Below are positions 21,491-31,403 of a DNA stretch of 64,000 nucleotides, piece after piece. The notes beneath the pieces are model-generated. The model saw only the letters and a program-made list of their open reading frames with translations, was not told the origin of the DNA and made no database searches. This stretch comes from Bacteroidota bacterium (GTDB lineage Bacteria > Bacteroidota > Bacteroidia > NS11-12g > UBA955): NCBI GenBank assembly GCA_016787485.1, contig JAEUUL010000038.1:44816-108815 (forward strand), in the 5' to 3' direction. The first letter of the stretch is position 1; every line of letters starts with the position of its first letter. The position numbers and the translations under genes are program-made.

Positions 21491-22402
21491 TCAATCCAGA
21501 TGTATGAGTTTGTGAAATTCCTTCAATCGGGTATTCACGTCCTCCATTGTGATTCCTGCAATACGTTCAGTTCCAAACTTTTCTACACAGAAACTGGCCA
21601 GACAACTACCAAACAGTATACCTTTTTTCATGGCCTCAAAACTCGTGGATCCGGTAGATGCGATATATCCTGCAAATCCACCGGCAAAAGTATCCCCGGC
21701 ACCCGTGGGGTCAAATACATCTTCCAGAGGCAGAGCCGGACAGAAGAAAATCTGTCCTTCTCCAAAAAGCAGGGCACCATGTTCCCCCTTTTTAATAATC
21801 ACTGTAGAAGGCCCCATCGCCTGAATTATTCTGGCAGCTTTAACCAGGCTGTGCTCACCACTTAGTTGTCGGGCTTCCTCGTCATTGATGGTTAATACAT
21901 CCACCATTTTCAATACCTGCTGCAATTGAGGCAAAGCGATATCCATCCAGAAATTCATGGTATCCATCATCACAAGTTTGGGGCGGTGTTCCAATCGTTC
22001 CAGGGTTTTTATCTGTACTTCGGGTGAAAGGTTACCCAGCATAACATAATCAGGTTTGCGCAGATGTTCCGGGATCAGGGGGTCAAAGGTTCCGAGCACA
22101 TTCAATTCGGTTACCAGCGTATCCCTGCTGTTCATATCCATATGATACTTTCCATGCCAAAAGAAGGATTTTTCGCCCTGCTTTACCTGCAGACCTGAAG
22201 TATCAACCCCGCGGGATTTGAGTGTTTCAATAAATTCAAAATCAAAATCCTCACCCACTACCGCGACAAGACCCACCCTATCATATAAAAGAGATGTCGC
22301 CAAAGCGATGTATGAAGCGGCACCACCCACAATTTTTCCGGTACTGCCAAAAGGGGTATCAATCGCGTCAAACGCTACGGAACCAATAACTAAAAGACTC
22401 AT
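21491..22402 (-). CDS. PfkB-family carbohydrate kinase
   Basis: GSVAFD, GGAA, IKKGEHG, DPTGAGDTFAGG. Confidence 0.95.
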   Translation of the reverse strand: MSLLVIGSVAFDAIDTPFGSTGKIVGGAASYIALATSLLYDRVGLVAVVGEDFDFEFIETLKSRGVDTSGLQVKQGEKSFFWHGKYHMDMNSRDTLVTELNVLGTFDPLIPEHLRKPDYVMLGNLSPEVQIKTLERLEHRPKLVMMDTMNFWMDIALPQLQQVLKMVDVLTINDEEARQLSGEHSLVKAARIIQAMGPSTVIIKKGEHGALLFGEGQIFFCPALPLEDVFDPTGAGDTFAGGFAGYIASTGSTSFEAMKKGILFGSCLASFCVEKFGTERIAGITMEDVNTRLKEFHKLIHLD

Positions 22403-22499
22403 CAGATATTTTTTTGCAAAAAAACCACAAAAAACACTTGAAAAAAAATCGCATTCCGCTATTTTTGCAGTCCCATTCGGGAAACCCCGTCTGGTAAAC

Positions 22500-22573
22500 T
22501 CCTCGATAGCTCAGCTGGTTAGAGCAATTGACTGTTAATCAATAGGTCGCTGGTTCGAGCCCAGCTCGGGGAG
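22500..22573 (+). tRNA. tRNA-Asn (GTT)
   Basis: Acceptor TCCTCGA/TCGGGGA, D arm GCTCAGCTGGTTAGAGC, anticodon arm ATTGA-CTGTTAA-TCAAT, T arm GCTGG-TTCGAGC-CCAGC. Upstream TATTTTTG -7 element at 22460-22467. Confidence 0.97.
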
Positions 22574-22580
22574 CCCAGGT

Positions 22581-22610
22581 AAAGCCATCCAATAGGGTGG
22601 CTTTTTTGTT
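22581..22610 (+). terminator. Rho-independent terminator after tRNA-Asn
   Basis: aaagccatcc-aata-gggtggctttttt hairpin plus U-tract. Confidence 0.8.
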
Positions 22611-22686
22611 GCGACCTGAGATGGGCGAGAAGTTTATCCCGCTGATGCAGCTGTGCGAGCTGCGAGTTAACAGATGCACATGCGGG

Positions 22687-22740
22687 GAGCCCAGCTCGGG
22701 GAGCAACAGAAACCATCCATCAGGATGGCTTTTTTGTTGG
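22687..22740 (+). repeat. Direct repeat of tRNA-Asn 3' end plus terminator copy
   Basis: gagcccagctcggggagc is identical at 22557-22574 and 22687-22704, followed by a similar ccatcc..ggatggctttttt hairpin. Confidence 0.85.
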
Positions 22741-22872
22741 GGCGATGGTTTATATCAAACCTGAAAAGCACAGGCACTGACACAGAAACTTCACTCAGAC
22801 CGCAATGAAGGCTATCCTTCAGTAGTTCCATTCATTCAGGCCCGGACTCATCAGCCATCTGCTGGCAGACTA

Positions 22873-25671
22873 TCAGTTTCCCGACACCAGAAAGTGCTTC
22901 TCACTGTTACCTGAGGAAGCCTGCAATCTGAAGATATATACCCCGGGGGGAAGTGTTCCGGCATCGGCTTTGAATTCGTTCCAGCCCGGATACACAACAG
23001 ATCTTCCACCCATTACCACCCGGCCGCTTGCATCCAGCACTTTGAACTCAACCGTTTCCTGCCTGTCATGCCATTTGCGAATTCCTATTTCTTTCTGTAC
23101 CGGATCAGGATACAGGACAAAGTCATTCTGAATACCTGGCACATGCACTGCATTCACACCCGTTGTGCTAAATGAATGTTCTGCCCAGGTACTGTTGTTG
23201 GTACTGCAGTTGCTCCGAACCCTGCACACATAGGCTGTTCCTAATTTCAGGGATTTCAGGGTATCTTTCAACAACGCAGTCGCTGTTTCCGACACAATCC
23301 ATGTGGTATCCGAAGCGCGCCTGAATTCAACCCGATAACCTTTCGCCTGTTGTGAAGCGGTCCAGCCTATAACCGCGGTAGAATCCGTTTTGCCTGATGA
23401 AACAAGGGCAGATGGAGGGTAACACGGCAATTTCACATTTCGCAAATCACTTTCCCAAACACCCCGTCCATATGTAGCTACCCTCAGTTTGCCTCCGGAT
23501 TTCTGAATCTCCACCTCATTCACCGCCACCAGCGGAAGCCCGGTTGCATGCTGCAGCCACTTGTTACTCACGTTGTCCCGGTAAAACACATCCAGATTCA
23601 TACCGGCATAAATGGTTTCTATGGAGTCTTCATCCACAACCACAGAACGTGCGGCAGTTGAAGGAAGGCCTGCAGAAATATTCTGAAAAGAATCACCTGC
23701 GTTTTCACTTACAAAAATCCGGTTTGAACTGCTGTTGCAGGAAATCCAGATTTTCAGAGGATTCTTCTTACTCACAAATATGCTTGTGATGTTTGACGGG
23801 GCAGTAACTTTTGAAAAAGTATCACCGCCATCTGTAAGTCTGTATAATGTTGTTCCTTTTGCCGCGTAAATATATCTGGGATTTGAGGGAGCAACAGTCA
23901 GTACATCCATGGTTGTGTTGATACTGAAACACAATCTCTTCCACGTATAACCGCCATCTCCGGTGCGGTAAATACCGGTCCAGCCACCCCACCAGGTGTC
24001 CTTGCTGCTCGGGTGCATGGCCAGCGGGGTAACCCAGTTGCCATTTGAGGGCTTGCTAAGGTCTGTATAACTGGCCCCTCCGTTTACTGACCTGTATATT
24101 CCTCCGTTCTGGCTGGTACCATAAATAAAATTTGCATCTGGTGTGCTGATAAGGCAATCCATCCCATCAGCACCCAGCCAGTCTGCCCATTCTTCGTCGG
24201 TGCGGCGCACCGAAGTGCCATTGTCCTGCGCACCTCCGGCAATCACCCGCACATCAGAAGGAGCACAGGCTATTCGGTAAAATTGCCGTATTCCCAGTCC
24301 GGTGCTTAAATCCTGCCAGTCCCCTCCGGCATTGCGGCTGATATATACACCACCGTCACTTCCGGAGAATAAACGGTTTCCTGCATATTCCAGCGCATGA
24401 ATATCTGCGTGGTTATATCCCCTGCCATTTGGCCAGATCCATTCCGATGTTGCATAAAACGAATCGGCCCCGTTCTCTGATTTCCAGGAAATGATTCCTG
24501 CGATATGCACTTCATTGGCATTGGCAGGATTGGCGCAAATGGCCATATCATAGTTTGCCTGTCCCGTTGTGCCTTTTCCGTCTGAATTGTATCCAAAAAA
24601 GTTCTTTCCCTTGCTGGCATCGCCCAATATGGTCACTTTATACGTCTTTCCGGTATCATCGGACCGGTACATCCGACCAAAAATGCTGCCCCTGGCCTGG
24701 GCCACATAAACCCTTGCCGGGTTCGCAGCAGAAACCGCCATCAGTGTGCGGCCCATTTTATACATGCCTGCCGCACTGTCTATGCCTTTCCAGGTTTTAC
24801 CCGTATCTGTGCTGCGCCATACATAGTATTTTCCGGCGGAACCCGCAGCATACATGATGGCAGGTGTTGCCGGATTGAACTCAATGTCTTCCTTGGATTC
24901 TGTTTCTACCTGGGTCCACTTTGCACCGCCATTGACCGATCTCCAGATTCCATTGCCCGCAGCAGCAAATACCATGGAGGTGTTCCATGGGTTGATTTTC
25001 ACTTGCTTTGTACTGCCGGGACCACTTCCGGTAGCACTCCATGTGCTGCCCCCATTGGTGGATTTGATTACTCCACCCCCGTTTACCGAGGCATAGACAA
25101 TATTGTTGTTGGCAGGATCTATCACAATGTGAAAAATGTTCATCCATGAAGAATTCACAAAGTCCACAAGGGAAACCCAGCTCTTGCCGGCATTGGTGGA
25201 TTTCCAGATTCCACCGCCTGGAGAAGATACATATATCAGATTTGTATCGGTTGCAGAAACCGCAACTGAGGTCACCCTGCCCACACCGGGATTCCAACTG
25301 CTCGTAGGCGATTTGCGGTCGGGCCCGAGTTCTTGCCAGGCAAATCCTGCACGGCTTTGCACGCCTGCCTGCCTTAATGCGTCATAGTAAGCCTTGTCTT
25401 CTGATTCGGGCTGCACAAACTCTCCGTTCGCGGTCAGATGAAACTGCCGTTCGTACAGCCAGCGCTGGTATTGCTTGTACCCACTACCCTGTCCGGTCCC
25501 ATGCGCTGAAAACCATGCCGCAGCCCGTTTTTCAACCTCAGGCAACGCCAAATCCCGGCGTTCCATCAGGGTAAAGATGTCTTCGTTCATCTCCGCAGAC
25601 TGCGCTTTGACGAACGATGCAGAGCATACTATACAAAACAGGCAAATCAGCCCCCCCAGGCTTTGCCTCAT
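22873..25671 (-). CDS. T9SS-secreted VPS10/BNR beta-propeller (glycosyl hydrolase-like) protein with FN3 domain
   Basis: Many Asp-box SxDxGxTW repeats, HADIH, GGAQDNGT, ATYGRGVWE, one FN3, C-terminal LYPDP...LPPGVYI sorting domain. ATG 25671 gives a signal peptide. Confidence 0.85.
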   Translation of the reverse strand: MRQSLGGLICLFCIVCSASFVKAQSAEMNEDIFTLMERRDLALPEVEKRAAAWFSAHGTGQGSGYKQYQRWLYERQFHLTANGEFVQPESEDKAYYDALRQAGVQSRAGFAWQELGPDRKSPTSSWNPGVGRVTSVAVSATDTNLIYVSSPGGGIWKSTNAGKSWVSLVDFVNSSWMNIFHIVIDPANNNIVYASVNGGGVIKSTNGGSTWSATGSGPGSTKQVKINPWNTSMVFAAAGNGIWRSVNGGAKWTQVETESKEDIEFNPATPAIMYAAGSAGKYYVWRSTDTGKTWKGIDSAAGMYKMGRTLMAVSAANPARVYVAQARGSIFGRMYRSDDTGKTYKVTILGDASKGKNFFGYNSDGKGTTGQANYDMAICANPANANEVHIAGIISWKSENGADSFYATSEWIWPNGRGYNHADIHALEYAGNRLFSGSDGGVYISRNAGGDWQDLSTGLGIRQFYRIACAPSDVRVIAGGAQDNGTSVRRTDEEWADWLGADGMDCLISTPDANFIYGTSQNGGIYRSVNGGASYTDLSKPSNGNWVTPLAMHPSSKDTWWGGWTGIYRTGDGGYTWKRLCFSINTTMDVLTVAPSNPRYIYAAKGTTLYRLTDGGDTFSKVTAPSNITSIFVSKKNPLKIWISCNSSSNRIFVSENAGDSFQNISAGLPSTAARSVVVDEDSIETIYAGMNLDVFYRDNVSNKWLQHATGLPLVAVNEVEIQKSGGKLRVATYGRGVWESDLRNVKLPCYPPSALVSSGKTDSTAVIGWTASQQAKGYRVEFRRASDTTWIVSETATALLKDTLKSLKLGTAYVCRVRSNCSTNNSTWAEHSFSTTGVNAVHVPGIQNDFVLYPDPVQKEIGIRKWHDRQETVEFKVLDASGRVVMGGRSVVYPGWNEFKADAGTLPPGVYIFRLQASSGNSEKHFLVSGN

Positions 25672-25751
25672 TGTGTTTCCCTCCATTTTATTCTGTGTTA
25701 TTCCTATGGGTTTATTGCTTTGACTGACTAAACGGACATGGGTTGCATTTG

Positions 25752-26654
25752 TTAAAATGCACGGAGCCAACTCAGTACGGGAATGGGCAGTGGAACCAAC
25801 TTAGAATTTGCCACAACGGCGCCAAATCCGAATTGAAATGCCTTCTGTTGGTTGCCATGGAAACGTAGAGCCGGAACTACGACTCCGTTGATTTCACCAT
25901 TTGAGGGGACAAGAAACGAATCGAAAATAAATGAAACCTTTTTTGAAATTCGTGACATACCCGCAACATTAAACAAAGGCTGACTGGTTACCTCTCCGTC
26001 ACTTCCCAGAAAAACAGCCCCGCCACTTAAACTGATGTTGGATTTTCTTCCTCCCAGGGTGATAACACCATATGGCAATGCTCCCCAGGCATTGAGTCTA
26101 ACCCAGCTTGCGGTTCCAACCAAAGCGCCAGCCCCAAAATGCACACGGTCATGCAGTTTAACAGAGTATTTTGCAGAACCTACCAATGGAGCTGCTAACC
26201 ATGTGGTCATAATTCCCAAACTGAATTTTTCAGTAATTCCAAATTCCACATCAGGGCCCCACAAGGTGATATTCGCATAACTCGTGCCTTTTCCCAGAGA
26301 ATGTCCGTTTGTGGTCAATATATGTCTGGTAGAAAAAGGTTCATCACCCACATAGTCCTTTCCCTTCACGTCGGCAGGATTGATTTCGGAAATGCTTTTA
26401 ATCTCATGCTTAGGTATATATATTTTGCCAATGGCTTTTGTCTCAATCAATATCTCCCTTTCATCACTCTTCAGAATTTTTCCTGCATACTCAGTACCAT
26501 CATTCTTAATCACCAGATACGTCTTGGCCGTATCATACGTTTGGCCTTTACAGGCTATACCCGTATATCCGGCTGTCATAACCAACAGGGCAACCGCAAG
26601 CCATTTGCTTGCAAACAGACGGGACAGATTTTGGGTCATGGTTTTGGATTTCAT
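25752..26654 (-). CDS. Hypothetical outer-membrane beta-barrel-like protein
   Basis: Signal peptide, N-terminal small beta domain (KNDGTEYAGKI), alternating beta-strands, terminal Phe. Confidence 0.65.
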   Translation of the reverse strand: MKSKTMTQNLSRLFASKWLAVALLVMTAGYTGIACKGQTYDTAKTYLVIKNDGTEYAGKILKSDEREILIETKAIGKIYIPKHEIKSISEINPADVKGKDYVGDEPFSTRHILTTNGHSLGKGTSYANITLWGPDVEFGITEKFSLGIMTTWLAAPLVGSAKYSVKLHDRVHFGAGALVGTASWVRLNAWGALPYGVITLGGRKSNISLSGGAVFLGSDGEVTSQPLFNVAGMSRISKKVSFIFDSFLVPSNGEINGVVVPALRFHGNQQKAFQFGFGAVVANSKLVPLPIPVLSWLRAF

Positions 26655-26717
26655 AGATTTACAATTGCTACCACGAATTTACAACCTAGTTCTGAATTTT
26701 CTGACACAACAGATTCT

Positions 26718-26758
26718 AAAAAACACAAAGAGCCTGTCTCCTCAGGAAACAGGCTCTT
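26718..26758 (-). terminator. Rho-independent terminator
   Basis: aagagcctgt (26728-26737) pairs with acaggctctt (26749-26758); U-rich tail on the minus strand. Confidence 0.7.
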
Positions 26759-26776
26759 ATAAAATACATTAAATGA

Positions 26777-29700
26777 TCAGCGTTGAATTACAAAGGAACT
26801 GCTGCGGCTTTCACCGGGAAGCAGCAACTGAAGGTAGTAAACACCTGGTTCCAGTGTAGAAATATCCAGACTCAGAGCATTGTCTCCGGTTTGTGGAAGA
26901 ACCCTGCTTCCGAGAACCGCCCTGCCCTGCAGATCGAGTACACGAATTTCTGCAAAAGGCACCTCAGACGTTACTGTGTACCTGACCTGCAGCAGGTTGG
27001 CTGCGGGGTTGGGAAACAAACGCAAAGGCAGTTCTTCTGCCTGTTTCTGTAAGCCGGGTTCAAGGTCTTCCGGCGTTGTGGTGAGGTTTACTCCATAGTC
27101 TTCCACTTCTCCACTGCTGAATGTTCCGCAGTAGGACTGGTAGGCTGTGGTGCTCATCACCACACGCAGTCTTGATGCACCCAATGTTGCGGTCGATGGC
27201 ACAGTGAAGTTGATTGTTGAGTTGGTAATGTTCTTGAAAGTCTTCTGCCCGATTTGTTCACCCGCATCGGCAAAGTCTCCGTCACAATTATAATCGATAT
27301 AACCTCTCCAATAAGTGTTCTTTTTGCTTCCACTGTAACCCGGAGAAAAAGTAAGCGTGTATGCACTTCCGGGCTTCAGACTTACCACACTGCCTGTGCC
27401 ATTGTAATACCCGCCATCATTGCCGGAAGTACGGCTGAAGATGGACACGCCCACATAGTCAATGTATCCGGCTGAGGTACTGCTGCTGTTGGCACTGCAA
27501 TACACTGTAAATCCTGAAGTAAGATATCCGCTGCTTCCACTGCTGCAATTCGACAGTACACGCCAGTCGTATTTCCCGGCAGCCAGCGAATTCAGTGCAA
27601 TCGAATTTGTACTGCTGCCTGCGGTCGATGACCATGTGCCCGAACTACTGAGTTTGTAATCAACACTGTAGGATGTTGCACCTGAAACTGCAGACCAGCT
27701 TAAAGTTACCGAACCATTGTTTACTGTCACCGATGGGCTGGTGGGGGTTCCGCAGGTTGAAAGTGTGGTAAAGCTGCTGGCAGACCATGCGCTGGTTCCT
27801 GATGTGCACTGGGTGCGCACGCGCCAATCATATACTGTGGTTGCACTCAATCCGGTGAGATTCACACTGGTATTGGTGGTTGCGCTGGCGGCAGTTGTCC
27901 AGGATGTGTCGCTGCTCAGTTTATATTGAACTGAATAGCTGGTTGAGCCGGAAACAGCCCCCCAACTCACAGTTGCGGAACTTGAAGTGACTGATGTGGC
28001 TGTCAATGCTGAGGGTGCACCGCATGTGGTTTGTATATTCTGCAGTCCGCTTTCCCAAACACCGCGACCATAGGTAGCCACACGCAGTTTGTTTCCTGAT
28101 TTCTGAATTTCAACTTCATTGATTGCAACCAACGGCAAACCAGTGGCATGTTCAGCCCATGTGAACGTCAGGCTGTCCATATAGTAAACACCAATATTCA
28201 TACCAACATACACAGTACCACTGGCATCTTCATCCACCGCAACACTGCGTGCGGACAGCGCTGGCAAACCCGAACTGATGTTGGTAAAGGTTGCGCCGGC
28301 ATCGGTAGAAACATATACCCTGTTGGTACTGCTGTTGCAGGTCATCCAGATCTTTGCAGGGTTGTATTTGCTCACAAAAATGGAAGTAATTGTGGCAGGG
28401 GCGGTTATGGTTGTCCAGCTGCTGCCACCATTTGTTGTGCGGTATAAGGCAGATCCTTTACCGGCATAGATGTAACGTGTATTGGAAGGTGCTACGGCGA
28501 GTACATCCATTGTTCCTGTGATACTGCCGGAAATCAGAGACCAGGTGCTTCCCCCGTTGTTTGACCGGTACACACCGGTCCAGCCGCCATACACAGTATC
28601 CTGGCTGGTGGGGTGCATTACCAATGGGGTAATCCAGTTGCCGGTAGCAGGACGCGACAGATTTGAATAGCTGGCTCCGCTGTTTGTTGTTTTATAAATG
28701 GAACCATATTGACTGGTGCCTATCGCGACTGCAGCATTGGTGGGACTGATCACACAATCCATTCCGTCTGCTCCGAGCCAGTCTATCCAGTTTCCACCGG
28801 TGCGGCGGAATGATGTCCCATTGTCCTGAGCACCACCACTGATCACGTTTGCATCGGTTTTAGCACATGCAATCCGGTAAAACTGACGGATTCCCAGTCC
28901 TGCAGACCGGTCTATCCAGTCATTGCCATTATTGATACTCTTGTATACACCACCATCCGAACCCGAGTAGATGGTGCCATTCACCCATTCCAGAGCATGC
29001 ACATCGGCATGGTTGTATCCAAAACTATTGGGGTAAGACCAGGCGGTTTCTGCAACAAAAGTGCTTCCCCCATCTGTAGATTTCCAGCAGATAATCCCCG
29101 CTATATGTACTTCATTCTCATTCAACGGATTCACACAGATAGCCATATCATAGGTTGCCTGTCCGCTGGTTCCGGTCCCATTTGTTTCATATCCGAAGAA
29201 GTTCGTACCACTGGAAGGACTTCCGGTGATCAATGTAGAATAGGTGCGGCCTGAATCTGTGGATTTGTACATTTTACCAAACAGACTGCCACTTGCCTGC
29301 ACAGCATAAACCACCGCAGGATTGGCAGGACTTACTGCCAGCAATGTTCTGCCGGTGGCTGTAATACCGCTTGCACTGGTAATGGCCGACCAGCTCAGTC
29401 CGCCATTTGTACTCAGCCAAACACAACTTGTACCGCTGCTGCCAGATGCATACATCGTATAGGGATTTGCAGGATTGAACTCTATGTCTTCCATCACAGA
29501 TGAAGATACCTGTGTCCAGGATGTACCTGCATTGGTACTGCGCCAGATTCCGTTATTGGCAGCAGCAAAAATCAGATTTGAATTTCCCGGAAAAACTTTA
29601 ACCTGTTTGGTGCCGCTGGGTCCGCTGCCTGTAGCACTCCAGGTGCTGCCGGAATTGGTAGATTTAATCACTCCTCCGGATGACAATGAGGCATAGATCA

Positions 29701-30289
29701 CACTCGTATTTCCAGGATCAATACAAAGATGAAACACGTTCATCCAGGATGAATTCACAAAATCAATCAGGGATGTCCAGCTGCCACCGCTGTTGGTACT
29801 TTTCCAGATACCTCCGCCGGGAGAACTGACATACATGGTGGTTGTATCTGAAGGATGAACGGCCACAGAAGTGATGCGACCCACACCTGGATTCCAGCCG
29901 CTTGTATAACTCCAGCTCTGGGGCCCCAATTCAGACCACGTAAAAGAACTTCTGCTCTTTACACCAAAATTTTTACGCGCATCATAATATGCTTTGTCTT
30001 CCAGTGCGGGAGAAATAAGATAACCCTTCTCATCGCTGTGAAACTTCCGTTCGTAAAGCCAGCGCTGATACTGCTTGTACCCGCTGCCCTGACCGGTTCC
30101 GTTTTTCGCAAAATACGCATCGGCCCATTCCTGAACCTGTTTTAAAGTAAGGTCCGTACGTTCCATCATCTGAAAAACGTCTGTCTGTGCCTGCACAGAA
30201 CCGGCTATTGCTGTAAACAGCAAACCAGTGGCCGCATTCCGCATCCACCTGGTTGCGAAATGCCAATTCGATTGTTGTGTTTTTTCCAT
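26777..30289 (-). CDS. T9SS-secreted VPS10/BNR beta-propeller protein with 2 FN3 and GEVED domains
   Basis: Paralog of 22873-25671 with STxGGxSW repeats, two FN3, IDYNCDGDF...GEVEDY, LFPNPA...LEPGVYY C-terminal domain. Confidence 0.88.
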   Translation of the reverse strand: MEKTQQSNWHFATRWMRNAATGLLFTAIAGSVQAQTDVFQMMERTDLTLKQVQEWADAYFAKNGTGQGSGYKQYQRWLYERKFHSDEKGYLISPALEDKAYYDARKNFGVKSRSSFTWSELGPQSWSYTSGWNPGVGRITSVAVHPSDTTTMYVSSPGGGIWKSTNSGGSWTSLIDFVNSSWMNVFHLCIDPGNTSVIYASLSSGGVIKSTNSGSTWSATGSGPSGTKQVKVFPGNSNLIFAAANNGIWRSTNAGTSWTQVSSSVMEDIEFNPANPYTMYASGSSGTSCVWLSTNGGLSWSAITSASGITATGRTLLAVSPANPAVVYAVQASGSLFGKMYKSTDSGRTYSTLITGSPSSGTNFFGYETNGTGTSGQATYDMAICVNPLNENEVHIAGIICWKSTDGGSTFVAETAWSYPNSFGYNHADVHALEWVNGTIYSGSDGGVYKSINNGNDWIDRSAGLGIRQFYRIACAKTDANVISGGAQDNGTSFRRTGGNWIDWLGADGMDCVISPTNAAVAIGTSQYGSIYKTTNSGASYSNLSRPATGNWITPLVMHPTSQDTVYGGWTGVYRSNNGGSTWSLISGSITGTMDVLAVAPSNTRYIYAGKGSALYRTTNGGSSWTTITAPATITSIFVSKYNPAKIWMTCNSSTNRVYVSTDAGATFTNISSGLPALSARSVAVDEDASGTVYVGMNIGVYYMDSLTFTWAEHATGLPLVAINEVEIQKSGNKLRVATYGRGVWESGLQNIQTTCGAPSALTATSVTSSSATVSWGAVSGSTSYSVQYKLSSDTSWTTAASATTNTSVNLTGLSATTVYDWRVRTQCTSGTSAWSASSFTTLSTCGTPTSPSVTVNNGSVTLSWSAVSGATSYSVDYKLSSSGTWSSTAGSSTNSIALNSLAAGKYDWRVLSNCSSGSSGYLTSGFTVYCSANSSSTSAGYIDYVGVSIFSRTSGNDGGYYNGTGSVVSLKPGSAYTLTFSPGYSGSKKNTYWRGYIDYNCDGDFADAGEQIGQKTFKNITNSTINFTVPSTATLGASRLRVVMSTTAYQSYCGTFSSGEVEDYGVNLTTTPEDLEPGLQKQAEELPLRLFPNPAANLLQVRYTVTSEVPFAEIRVLDLQGRAVLGSRVLPQTGDNALSLDISTLEPGVYYLQLLLPGESRSSSFVIQR

Positions 30290-30491
30290 AGTTTCCTCCT
30301 TTGTTTTCCGGGTTAACGGACATCAATGTTCAGATTAAATTCCGATAAAACCAAAAATTTTATTTCATTATTTTTTATTCGGCTATAATTTCAAGATTTT
30401 CGGTATTAAAAATCAACAGTCTCTCATCCGATATTTTAAACGTCCCAACGAACTCTGAAATCAGAACCTCACAGGGAAGTATTTTCGCAGC

Positions 30492-31403
30492 ATGCATACG
30501 CTGGTTGAAATACAGCAGGTTTCAAAAAGTTTTGGCACTGTTCCGGCTGTTTCGGAAATCAGTTTTCAAATCCCCGAAGGAAGCATTTACGGCCTGTTGG
30601 GCCCCAATGGTGCGGGTAAAACCACATTGATCCGGATGATTACCACCATCACCCGTCCGGATTCCGGACAAATCTTATTTCAGGGAGAACCACTCACAGA
30701 AAAAAATGCGCTGAACATGGGTTATATGCCCGAAGAAAGAGGCCTCTATAAAAAGATGACTGTGTGGAACCAACTGCTGTTTTTTGCGGAACTGAAAGGA
30801 TTGAAATCAGCAGAAGCCAAAGAACAGGCAAAATACTGGATGAGGCGGCTTGATATAGAACCATGGGCGGGTAAAAAAATGGAAGAACTGAGCAAGGGAA
30901 TGGCACAAAAGGTACAATTCCTTACCACCATCCTGCATCAGCCCAAACTCATTATCCTCGATGAACCTTTCAGTGGCTTCGACCCCGTAAATGCCGAAAT
31001 GGTAAAGGAACTCATTCTGGAGCTCAATAAAAACGGTTCTACAATTTTGTTCAGTACACACCGTATGGACAATGTGGAAGAGATGTGCAGTCACCTGGCC
31101 ATCATCAACAAAGGGAAACTGGCACTGAACGGAGAAACAGGTGGATTGCGCCGAAAAAAATTCGCACTGGAATATGAAGCAGGATTCAAATCCCCGGTTA
31201 GTTTTTCTGGGCAAGATTTTACACCCGTAAAAGAGACAACTTCTCCCGATGGCAGACAGATGTACACCTTCCGGCTGAACAATGAAGATGAACAACCTGC
31301 ATTGCTGAAAGCTTGTTTAAATGCCGGCAATCTCGTTCACTTTACAGAATTGCTGCCTACCATTCACGACATTTTTGTACAAACCGTAAAAGAACAACAA
31401 TGA
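30492..31403 (+). CDS. ABC transporter ATP-binding protein (NatA-like)
   Basis: GPNGAGKTT, LSKGM signature, ILDEPFSG.DP, STH. Confidence 0.93.
   Translation: MHTLVEIQQVSKSFGTVPAVSEISFQIPEGSIYGLLGPNGAGKTTLIRMITTITRPDSGQILFQGEPLTEKNALNMGYMPEERGLYKKMTVWNQLLFFAELKGLKSAEAKEQAKYWMRRLDIEPWAGKKMEELSKGMAQKVQFLTTILHQPKLIILDEPFSGFDPVNAEMVKELILELNKNGSTILFSTHRMDNVEEMCSHLAIINKGKLALNGETGGLRRKKFALEYEAGFKSPVSFSGQDFTPVKETTSPDGRQMYTFRLNNEDEQPALLKACLNAGNLVHFTELLPTIHDIFVQTVKEQQ

Noticed and set aside
22557-30289. Prophage or integrative island at tRNA-Asn
   Set aside because: No integrase or phage genes; the only att-like copy seen is 130 bp away.
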